DNA of 64,000 nucleotides, from NCBI GenBank assembly GCA_965208575.1, contig CBDBOV010000005.1:1088001-1152000 (forward strand). Reading direction: 5' to 3'. Shown piece by piece: positions 1 to 9,700 of the stretch. Source of the stretch: Spirochaetia bacterium. Its GTDB lineage: Bacteria; Spirochaetota; Spirochaetia; SZUA-6; Bin103. The position numbers and the translations under genes were made by a program. The first letter of the stretch is position 1; each line of letters starts with the position of its first letter. Under the pieces are notes generated by a model. The model was given only the letters and a program-made list of their open reading frames with translations, had not been told where the DNA came from and ran no database searches.

Positions 1-229
1 CCAATCAATATAGATGTATCAATTTATTCTGAATGCTGCTGCGAACTGTTGTTGCTCCCCTGGATGGCGTCGACGGAGCTCCTCCTCCGTAAGCCACGCG
101 AACGCGTCGTGCGGCGGTACGGCGGCAGGGCGATCCCATGCTGATGAGGACTGAAAATCCCTGGAGGCAGTCTCCATCGCGGGCGCGCTGCTCATCCTCG
201 CTGCACTGCACCGCCAGTTCGCGGGTCCC

Positions 230-1894
230 TCAGGGAGCGCCGCCGCGCGCCGCCGCCACGGGCGGCTGCCACAGCACGTCGAGCGCCGCCGCCACGTGCA
301 GCGATTCGCCGAACCACTCGGGAGTAGCGGTGTGCGGACCGATGCTGATGCCGGCCGCCGCCAGGCGCTCCACGGTCGGCGCCAGCGGCGGCCCGACACC
401 CTCCCAGCGCGGCGCCGGTGGCACCGCCGGCAGCGGCTCGCCATTCGGCCGTAGGAACTGGAACCCCCCGGCGCCGTCAGCGACCACCTGAAACCCCTCC
501 TCGTGGACCGCGCGGTGGTGGAATTTACACACAAGAACCAGGTTGGAGAGCTGCGTCTCCCCGCCGTCGGCCCAGTGCATGACGTGATGGGCGTCGCAAT
601 GGCGGGACTCGCAGCCGGGGTACTGGCACTGGTTGCGATCCCTGCTCTGCAGGGCACGGCGCAGCGCGGTCGGGATGGTGCGGGTCCTGCGGCGTACGTC
701 GAGCACCTCGCCGTCGGCGCCGTGGCGCAGCTCCACGAGGCCGGCATCGCAGGCGACGCGACGCGCTGCCTCCTTGCCGACGTATATGCCTCCTGCTTGT
801 TCGATCACCGCCTGCCCGGCGTCGGGGCCAGGCATCGCGACCGCCAGGTCGCGGTCGGGCGTCGCCTCGGTGGCCGGTAGTTGCTCCGCGTGCTCGATCG
901 ATACTTGCTCCGCCACCCCGTCCAGTAACGCTGCCGCCGGTGCGAAGGCTGCCTCGCTGCCCGGCGCAATTTCCGCGGAAACGTGCCGCGGGACCGCGGC
1001 GGCCTCGCGGCAGGAAAGCCCGTCAGCCTCCACGTGTACCGTCACCTGGAAGCGGTCGCCGCTGCTGCCCGGATCAAGCCCGCCGGCCAGCGCGCTCTCG
1101 GCCACCAGCCCCAGCGCATCCGCACGCCGCTGCGCGATGTTCGCCTCGTCGCCGCCGGCGGCATCCTCCTCCTCCGCCGCCGGCACCTGCTCCAGGGCCG
1201 CCTCCAGGGCCCGCAGCACTACCGCGCCTACCTCGGGCGTAAGCCGCGCCCGCAGCACCACCATGCCGTCCTCGTCCACCCGCGTGCTCAGCGTGCGCCG
1301 CGCGAGCCGCACCTGCTCCGCGTCCGGCTGCGCCTCCCGGTCCGCCTGCCGCCACCCCCGCACCAGCCGCTCCACCTGCGCCGCGGTGGCACAGCAGGCC
1401 ACGGCAATCAGCCGTGCCTCGTTGTCGGCGGTGGCCACTCGCGTCAGCGCGCGTACGATGGAGTAGGACAGCCGACCGCAGGCCATGGCCGCGGAGAGGT
1501 GGTTGAGATCGGCCAGCGCAGCGGCCACGCGCAGCTTCTCGCGGGCAGCGCCGAGGTCGAGGCCGGTGCGCCAGTTGAGCCAGTGGGCGCAGGAACGGAA
1601 GCCCTCCCAGCCGTGGTGGCGGTCGAACTCGCGCACGTAGCACAGCAACTCGTAGGTGGCGGCCTGGATGCGCGCCGACAGCTCGGCGATGCGGTTGCCG
1701 AGCTGATCCAGGTCGGGGGCTTCCTCCGGGGCCGGAGGCGCTGCGCTGTCGGCAACGGCGAGCGGCGCAGTCTCGCTCGCGCCGGGCGCCCTCGCAGCGG
1801 TGGTGGCCGCGGTCGCGGCTGGGCCGGTGGCTGCCGGTTCAGGCCGCGCTGACGGCGTCGGCGGGCGCGGCAGCGTATAGGTGTCAGGTGTCAT
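230..1894 (-). CDS. DUF222 (13E12-repeat-like) domain HNH endonuclease
   Basis: C-terminal CQYPGC..CDAHHVMHWADGGETQLSNLVLVCKFHH HNH motif; N-terminal GFRSCAHWLNWRTG/GRLSYS typical of DUF222. Start moved from ORF start 2074 to ATG 1894 (MTPDT). Confidence 0.85.
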   Translation of the reverse strand: MTPDTYTLPRPPTPSARPEPAATGPAATAATTAARAPGASETAPLAVADSAAPPAPEEAPDLDQLGNRIAELSARIQAATYELLCYVREFDRHHGWEGFRSCAHWLNWRTGLDLGAAREKLRVAAALADLNHLSAAMACGRLSYSIVRALTRVATADNEARLIAVACCATAAQVERLVRGWRQADREAQPDAEQVRLARRTLSTRVDEDGMVVLRARLTPEVGAVVLRALEAALEQVPAAEEEDAAGGDEANIAQRRADALGLVAESALAGGLDPGSSGDRFQVTVHVEADGLSCREAAAVPRHVSAEIAPGSEAAFAPAAALLDGVAEQVSIEHAEQLPATEATPDRDLAVAMPGPDAGQAVIEQAGGIYVGKEAARRVACDAGLVELRHGADGEVLDVRRRTRTIPTALRRALQSRDRNQCQYPGCESRHCDAHHVMHWADGGETQLSNLVLVCKFHHRAVHEEGFQVVADGAGGFQFLRPNGEPLPAVPPAPRWEGVGPPLAPTVERLAAAGISIGPHTATPEWFGESLHVAAALDVLWQPPVAAARGGAP

Positions 1895-2162
1895 GCCGCC
1901 ATGGTACACCCGGTATTCGGTGGCCCCGTGCCGGCCCGTGGACGAGCCGCCCGTCCGATTTGGGCTTTGCGCGCCAGACCCGGACGCGGCGGGCCGAGAG
2001 CGCGCGCTGAGGGCGCCAAGGGGAGCGGAACAGGCGGGGTCGAGGACGTGGCGCAATCGCGCGCCCGAAACCATGTCAACCCCCTCAGGCCCGCAGCGAG
2101 CGATTTTCTCGACTTTTTTTCAGGCACTCGGCCCACGGCGAACCATTCGCTGACCGTAGGCT

Positions 2163-2246
2163 GGTCCGAAAAAGCCGGCTGGTGGGCGATGCTCGGGCAT
2201 CGGTTTTCATCGTCTTCCCTGTCACGGAGTGACCGTACAGGCTCAC
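2163..2246 (+). repeat. Dispersed ~84-bp two-hairpin repeat, copy 1
   Basis: Aligns by eye with 32164-32247 (reverse) and 34238-34317; CGATGC-N4-GCATCG stem and CTGT(C)ACGG..CCGTACAG stem. Confidence 0.8.
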
Positions 2247-2412
2247 GTGAATCGTGGCATGAGAACCGCGGTTCAGGTGCAGGTCGCCAGAATCGATGGG
2301 GCGGCGACGAGGCGGTGCGTGACAGACCGCGGTTTCGTAGCGTGGGATAGTCCTGGCGTGACCCCGCTGCCCGGCTGACAGCGGCCGTCGTGGCCGCATA
2401 GAATCGCGTTCC

Positions 2413-3435
2413 ATGAGCACCGACCCGGCCCTGCTGCGGCTCGCCTTCGTCGGCTGCGGGCGCATCGCCGGCTTTCATCTCGACGGCATCGAGCAGGCTG
2501 CGCCGCGCACCCGCGTCACCGCGGCCGTCGATCCCGATCCGGACGCGGCCGCCGCGATCGCGGCGCGCACCGGGGCGCGCACGTTCGCTTCGTTGCAGCA
2601 AGCCCTCGGCGCCGGCGGCTTCGACGCGGTGGACATCATGGTGCCGCACGACCTGCACGAGGCGCTTGCGGTCGAGGCATTCGCCGCCGGCAAGCACGTG
2701 CTGCTGGAGAAGCCGATGGCGCTGACCCTGGACGCCTGCGAGCGCATCCAGCAGGCCGCCCGCCGCGCCGGCACCGTGTTCATGGTGGCGGAGAACTCGC
2801 AGTACTGGCCCGACGTGGTACGCGCCCGCGAACTGCTGGCCGGCGGCGCGATCGGCGAGGCGGTCACCGCACGCGCTTCGTTCGAAGCGCTGCACGATCC
2901 GTTCTGGTATCCGGAGGACTCCTGGCGCTATGAGTTGTCCCGCACCGGCGGCGGCGTGGTGGTGGACGGCGGCGCGCACTGGATCCGCCCGCTGCGCATG
3001 TGGCTCGGCGAACTGGACGAGGTGGTGGCCACCACGGCGCGGGTCCTGCCGGTGATGCAGGGCGAGTCGCTCGCTCACGCGCTGCTGCGCTTCCGCTCCG
3101 GCGTGGTGGCGAGCTTCCAGGCGATTACCCACGACGCGCCGTTGTGGGCGGGGCCGTGGTGGCGGCTCACCGGCACCGCGGGCGAGATCGTGATCCATGG
3201 CGGCTTCGACGGCGGCATGACGCTGGTCGACCGGCAGCACCCGCGCGGCCGCCCGATTGCCGGCGAGCACGGCTACGCGGCGTCGTTCGCCCCCGAGCTG
3301 GCGGATTTCGAAGCGGCGGTCCTGGATGGCAAGCCGCCGGAGGCGCCGCCCGAGGCATCGCTCGGCGAACTGCGCACGGCGCTGGCGATCTACCGCTCGG
3401 CGGCGTCAGGACGCTGGCAAAAGGTGTGGAGCTGA
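2413..3435 (+). CDS. Gfo/Idh/MocA family oxidoreductase
   Basis: GCGRIA Rossmann motif, HVLLEKPMA, GGGVVVDGGAH. Confidence 0.9.
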   Translation: MSTDPALLRLAFVGCGRIAGFHLDGIEQAAPRTRVTAAVDPDPDAAAAIAARTGARTFASLQQALGAGGFDAVDIMVPHDLHEALAVEAFAAGKHVLLEKPMALTLDACERIQQAARRAGTVFMVAENSQYWPDVVRARELLAGGAIGEAVTARASFEALHDPFWYPEDSWRYELSRTGGGVVVDGGAHWIRPLRMWLGELDEVVATTARVLPVMQGESLAHALLRFRSGVVASFQAITHDAPLWAGPWWRLTGTAGEIVIHGGFDGGMTLVDRQHPRGRPIAGEHGYAASFAPELADFEAAVLDGKPPEAPPEASLGELRTALAIYRSAASGRWQKVWS

Positions 3436-3449
3436 ACGGAGGCTAAGGG

Positions 3450-3658
3450 GTAGGGAGCTCGCCGGACCTACAGAGCTCAAACTCGCCGCTCTCCCCGGCC
3501 TTCGGGAAGGGCGAGTCGGTGGTTCTCAGTGTGAACTTCTGTGGCCGCCTCAGTGAGCGGCCCTCATACTGTCCATCGGCCCAAGTTCCCCCTCAGGTGA
3601 CGTACTGTTCTGCAAGGTAGCTTCTCCGATCGGAGAGAGGTCCGGCGAAGCTCCCTAC
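3450..3658. other. 209-bp self-complementary structured element (candidate ncRNA, MITE or REPIN-like)
   Basis: Terminal inverted repeat GTAGGGAGC(T)TCGCCGGACCT at 3450-3469 and 3638-3658, plus three internal hairpins; intergenic between convergent genes. Confidence 0.55.
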
Positions 3659-3776
3659 TACCGACACGTTATCAGACCCCGCTCGTGCAATGCAAGGCGG
3701 CGGAACAGTTTTTTTCTGGTGCGGGATCGAAACGAGATGCGGATCCCGGGCACCGTGCCGTCCGCCGCGCCGGCGG

Positions 3777-6700
3777 TCAGTGCCGCAGCTTCAGGTCGAG
3801 CTTGAGCATCTGCTCGGGCCCGGCCGCGCCGCCCTCGCGGTGCTCGCCCGCGAGCTCGACGCCGAGATTCATGTGCTCCGCCTCGAACCGGGTCCCGAGC
3901 CGGAGCCGCCAGTCATCGTCGGCGAGCCCGGCCTCGGCGAACGGCGTCAGCAGCCCGTGCGAAGCCGCCCCGACCCCGTAGCCGATCCGCGCGTCGAGCG
4001 CGCCCGCATCCCCGGGCGGCGCCCCGGCCGCCGTCGGCAGCTCGTCGCGCCACAGCGCCTCCGCGCCGCCCGTGCCCGCGCCCCAGCGCGGGCTCAGCAT
4101 CAGCGACAGCCCGCGCCCGTGCGCCCCGGGCCCCATCCGCGCGGTCATGCTCAAGCCCCGCTCCTCCGCGCCCTCCTCCGAGTGCGCGGCGAGCCACCGC
4201 CCGCGCGCCTCGATGTGCAGCCGGGGCGCCTCGAGGCGCAGGCCCCCGGCCACCTCGAGGCCGGTCCCCTCGAGACCGTCGCCGCCGTCCTGGCGCCCCG
4301 CCGCCTCGACGAAGGGGGTGAGCGCGGTGTCGCCGTGCAGCGCGATGCGCCGCGACGCCTCCAGACCCAGGCGCGCCCGCCAACTGTCGGCGGTCAGCCC
4401 GTCGACGTAGTCCGGGCCGTCCTCGGTCACCATCCGCGCGATGCTCGCATCCGCCCGCACCGCGAGGTCGACCGTGGCCAGCGTGGGCAGCCCGTAGCGC
4501 ACGCCCGCCGACGCCATCCCCATCGTGAGGCCGCCGGTCTCCCACTCGCCGCCGTCCAGGCGATGCCGCGCCACGCCGCGCCCGGCGCCAAGCACGCCGC
4601 GCAGTTCAAGGCCGTCTGCAAGGGTCCAGCGCCCGTAGGGGTAGAGCGCCGTCAGCTCGGTCTCAAGACGGCCGTCTCCGGAACCCGCGGCGCCGTCGAA
4701 GCGGTAGTCCGTCTCGCCGGTGCCGTGGCTCACCGCAAGCCCCGCTACCCACGGCCCGACCCGCACGTCGATGCCGAGCCAGCCCGTGCGCAGCTCGCCC
4801 TCGTAGCGCATCCCCGCCTCCGGGCGGCCCGCGAACGCGCCCAGGTCGCCCCGGCCCCACACCGACCACAGCGGTGAAGGGGAGGAGATCCCCGACCCCT
4901 CCGCCGCGCCCAGCGTCAGCGAGAACGCGCTCGCGGGCAGCAGCTCCGACACCTCGCCGGTCCGGCTGCGCTCCGCCACCGGCGCGCAGCCGTCGCGCGC
5001 CGCGCCGCCGCCGACCGGCCCGAGCCGGTGGCCGCCGGCGGAACCCGGCGCGCAGGCCTGCTCCCTGGCCGCGAGCCCGGCGCCCGCGCCGGACACCTCG
5101 AACGGCACCGTCTCGCCCGCCAGCGTCAGCCCGCTCGCCGGCACCGAGGCCGCGAACCGCGCCCCGATGTTGCCAAGCGCGCTCGTCAGCACCTGGTGCG
5201 CCACCGCCGCCAGCGTGTGCCGCACCGCCCGCTTCACCTGCGCCGTGCGCGGGTCGATCACGGCAACCGCGAACGTCAGCACCGCCGCGTCCGCATCCGC
5301 CCGGTTGTCGTCCGCATCGTCGGCCCGCCAGGTGAAGACGTAGCGCCCCGCCGCCTCCGCCGCCGGCGTGCCCGACAGCGTCCGCGTCGCCGCGTCGACG
5401 GACAGGCCCGCAAGCCCCGCCGGATCGGAGGTCAGGGCGTAGGAGAGCGCCCCGTTGCCGCCCGTCGCCTCCGGCAGCACCACCGGCGCCATCGCCTCGC
5501 CCGGTACCAGAACCAGCGACGGCACCCGCGCCGCGCCGAAGGACGGCGCCAGGTCACGCACCGTCACCGTCACCCGGTCGCTGTCCGAAAGGCCCCCCGG
5601 GTCCGTCACCGTGAGCTGGAACTCCAGCGCGCCCGGCCGCTCCGGCGCCCTGAACGTGGTCCGCGCCGCAGTGGCGAAAAGGGTCACCGCCGCACCCGAG
5701 ACCCGGCTCCAGGCATACGTCAGCACCTCCCCGTCCGGGTCCGTGCTCCCCGTGCCGTCCAGCGTCACCGAAGCCCCGGGATCCACCGCGAGGTCGGCCC
5801 CGGCGTCGGCCACCGGCGATCCCGGCGGGGGCGCCGGCGTCTCGTTGGTCACCGTCCGCGTGAAGTCCGCCACCGCGTTGCCCGCGACGTCGCGCAGCCG
5901 GGTGTCGTGAGCCGCGGGCCGGGTGTAGCGCACCTCGACCGTCTCGCCGTGGGCCACCGCCGCCGGTAGCGTCAGCGTCACCTTCCCGGGCGTGACCCGG
6001 TTATCCACCTCGACCGCCGACGGGGTGACGCGGTCGCCGCCGCGCGCTCCATGCCCTTGTGCAGGACCTTGCACTCGATCACCCTCGACCGCCGACGGGG
6101 TGACGCGGTCGCCGCCGCCCACCATCACCTCGAACGCCGCCGGCGGCACCGCGCCGCCGGCCAGCCGCTCGTCGAAGACGATCGTGAGCGTCGCGCCGTC
6201 CACCGTCGGCGCGGCCGAAACCCGCGGCGGCGTCGTGTCACGAGGCTGGGGAGGTTGGGGAGGCTGCTGCGGCGTCCCCGCAATGCGCCAGTCCACCTTG
6301 TGGCCGGCGTCGTGGGCCAGTCCCGCATGCCCCAGAACCGCGTTCACGGTCCCGGCCCTGATCGTGCCGCCGTTCAGCGCCAGCGTGTTCTCGAGCACCG
6401 CGATGCCCACGGACGACCTGTTGGGGTCCACCACCGTGTGGGCGAAGGTCAGCACGGTCGAGCCGCTGCCGGACTCGTAGTTCGCCCGGATCTCGCCGTA
6501 GTTCGGGTCCATCTTGATCGTCAGGCGCGGCGTGCCGGTCACCGTCACCGCCTCGCTGAAGGTCACCTGCACCCGAATCTTCTCGGTCTGCCCGTAGGTC
6601 TCCGGCGTACCGCTGTCGTCCGTATCGAGCGAGGGCGTCGACCAGATGGCGACCCCGGTGACCGTCGGTGCGTTGTTGGACGCCGCCACCACGATGTCGA

Positions 6701-9700
6701 AGGTGTCGCTCACCGTGCCGCCGAAGCCGTCGCTCGCGGTCACCTTCACCGACAGCGTGCCGGCGTCGCCCGCCGCCGGCGTGCCCGAGAAGGCGCGGGT
6801 GCCCGCGGTGAAGCTCAGCCACGACGGCAGCGCGCTGTTGTCGGACTTGGTCGCGGTGTAGGTCAGGGTGTCGCCGGAGTCCGCGTCCGCGAAGGTGTTG
6901 GCCGGGAAGGCGTAGCTGAAGGCCGTGCCCGCCGCCGCCGTCTGGTCCGGGATGGCGTTCGCCACCGTGGGCGCGCTGTTGGACGCCTTCACCACAATGT
7001 TGAAGGTGTCGCTCACCGAAGCGAAGCCGTCGCTCGCGGTCACCTTCACCGACAGCGTGCCGGCGTCTGCCGACTGCGGCGTGCCCGAGAAGGTGCGGGT
7101 GCCCGCCGTGAAGGTCAGCCACGACGGCAGCGCGCCGCCGTCGGGCGTGGTCGGGGTGTAGGTCAGCGTGTCGCCGGTGTCGGTGTCCGCGAAGGTGTTG
7201 GCCGGGAAGGCGTAGCTGAAGGCCGTGCCCGCCACCGCGCCCCGGTCCGGGATGGCGTTCGCCACCGTCGGCGCGGTGTTGGACGCCTTCACCACGATGT
7301 CGAAGGTGTCGCTCACCGAAGCGAAGCCGTCGCTCGCGGTCACCTTCACCGACAGCGTGCCGGCGTTGGCCGACTGCGGCGTGCCCGAGAAGGTGCGGGT
7401 GCCCGGCGTGAAGGTCAGCCACACCGGCAGCGCGCTGCCGTCGAACTTGGTCGGGGTGTAGGTCAGCGTGTCGCCGGTGTCGGTGTCCGCGAAGGTGTTG
7501 GCCGGGAAGGCGTAGCTGAACGCCGTGCCCGCCACCGCCTTCCGGTCCGGGATGGCGTTCGCCACTGTCGGCGCGGTGTTGGACGCCTTCACCACGATGT
7601 CGAAGGTGTCGCTCACCGACGCCGTGCCGTCGCTCGCGGTCACCTTCACCGGCAGCGTGCCGGCGTTGGCCGTCTGCGGCGTGCCCGAGAAGGTGCGGGT
7701 GCTCGCGGTGAAGGTCAGCCACGACGGCAGCGCCGTGCCGTCGGACTTGGTCGCGCTGTAGACCAGGGTGTCGCCGGTGTCCTTGTCCGCGAAGGTGTTG
7801 GCCGGGAAGGCGTAGCTGAACGCCGTGCCCGCCACCGCCGCCTGGTCCGGGACGGCGTTCGCCACCGTCGGCGCGTTGTTGGACGTCTTCACCACGATGT
7901 CGAAGGTGTCGCTTACCGAAGCCTTGCCGTCGCTCGCGGTCACCTTCACCGACAGCGTGCCGATGTTCGCCGACTGCGGCGTGCCCGAGAAGGTGCGGGT
8001 GCCCGCGGTGAAGGTCAGCCACGACGGCAGCGCCGTGCCGTCGGACTTGGTCGCGGTGTAGGTCAGCGTGTCGCCGGAGTCCGCGTCCGCGAAGGTGTCG
8101 GCCGGGAAGGCGTAGCTGAACGCCGTGCCCGCCACCGCGACCCGGTCCGGGATGGCGTTCGCCACCGTGGGCGCGACGTTGACGGTGCGGATGTGCTTCC
8201 AGACCGACGGTGCGACACCGGTGGTATGCTTGATTCGCACCCAGTAGTCCGTGTTGACGGTCAGGCCGGTGAATGTGTGCTTCACATTATTGGTCCAGCC
8301 CGTCTCCGTGACCGTACTCGAGCCCGACGTGCAAAGCTCAAACCGGAAAGATGATAACCCCTGACGGATGTACGACACCGCGATGGTCGTAGCCGTCGAG
8401 ATCAAAGAGAAATGCTCCGCCCGGACATGGGGGGAGCTCGAGGCCGCGCAGGGCACGGACGTCCTCACCACGATGTCGAAGGTGTCGCTCACCGACGCCG
8501 TGCCGTCGCTCGCGGTCACCTTCACCGACAGCGTGCCGACGTTCGCCGTCTGCGGCGTGCCCGAGAAGGTGCGGGTGCCCGCGGTGAAGGTCAGCCACGA
8601 CGGCAGCGCGTTGCCGTCGGACTTGGTCGCGGTGTAGCCCAGGGTGTCGCCGGAGTCCGCGTCCGCGAAGGTGTTGGCCGGGAAGGCGTAGCTGAACGCC
8701 GTGCCCGCCTCCGCCGCCTGGTCCGGGATGGCGTTCGCCACCGTCGGCGCGTTGTTGGACGCCTTCACCACGATGTCGAAGGTGTCGCTTACCGAAGCCG
8801 TGCCGTCGCTCGCGGTCACCTTCACCGACAGCGTGCCGATGTTCGCCGACTGCGGCGTGCCCGAGAAGGTGCGGGTGCCCGCGGTGAAGGTCAGCCACGA
8901 CGGCAGCGCCGTGCCGTCGGACTTGGTCGTGGTGTAGGTCAGGGTGTCGCCGGAGTCGGTGTCCGCGAAGGTGTCGGCCGGGAAGGCGTAGCTGAACGCC
9001 GTGCCCGCCACCGCGACCCGGTCCGGGATGGCGTTCGCCACCGTGGGTGCGGCGTTGGCGGTGCGGATGTGCTGCCAGAGCGACGTGCCGCCATGAAAGA
9101 TTCGCACCCAGTGGTCCGTGTCGACGGTCAGGCCGGTGAATGTGTGCGTCGGATTGCGGCCGAGTGTCGTCGACGTGACCGTACTCGAGCCCGACGTGCA
9201 AAGCTCAAACCGGAAAGCGGTGGGCCCCTGAGAGATGTACGTCACCGTGATGGTCGTAGCCGTCGAGGTCGCCGAGAAGTGCTCCCTCTGGACATCGGGG
9301 TTGTTCTTGGCCGTGCAGGGCGGGGTCGGCTCGACGAAGATGTCGAAGGTGTCGCTCACCGACGCGATGCCGTCGCTCGCGGTCACCTTCACCGATACCG
9401 TGCCGACGTTCGCCGTCTGCGGCGTACCCGAGAAGGTGCGGGTGCTCGGCGTGAAGGTCAGCCACGACGGCAGCGCCGTGCCGTCGGACTTGGTCGCGGT
9501 GTAGCCCAGGGTGTCGCCGGAGTCGGTGTCCGCGAAGGTGTTGGCAGGGAAGGCGAAGCTGAAGGCCGTGCCCGTGTCCGCATCCTGGTCCGGGATGGCG
9601 TTCGCCACCGTGGGCGCGTTGTTGGACGACTTCACCACGATGTCGAAGGTGTCGCTCTTCACATCGACGCCGTACAACGCGGTCACCTTCACCGACAGCC

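Noticed and set aside
1-229. Short ORFs at the window start
   Set aside because: No motifs, and the context is truncated.
3450-3658. Retron msr-msd or group II intron assignment
   Set aside because: No RT gene nearby, and no recognisable domain V or GUGYG 5' end; left unassigned.
6008-6118. Calling the 36-bp repeat pair a CRISPR array
   Set aside because: Only two repeats, they are coding sequence, and there is no leader or cas gene in the window. Kept as a finding about insertion geometry only.
8180-9335. Diversity-generating retroelement TR/VR pair
   Set aside because: Differences between the two domains are not adenine-specific, both copies are coding, and no reverse transcriptase is present.
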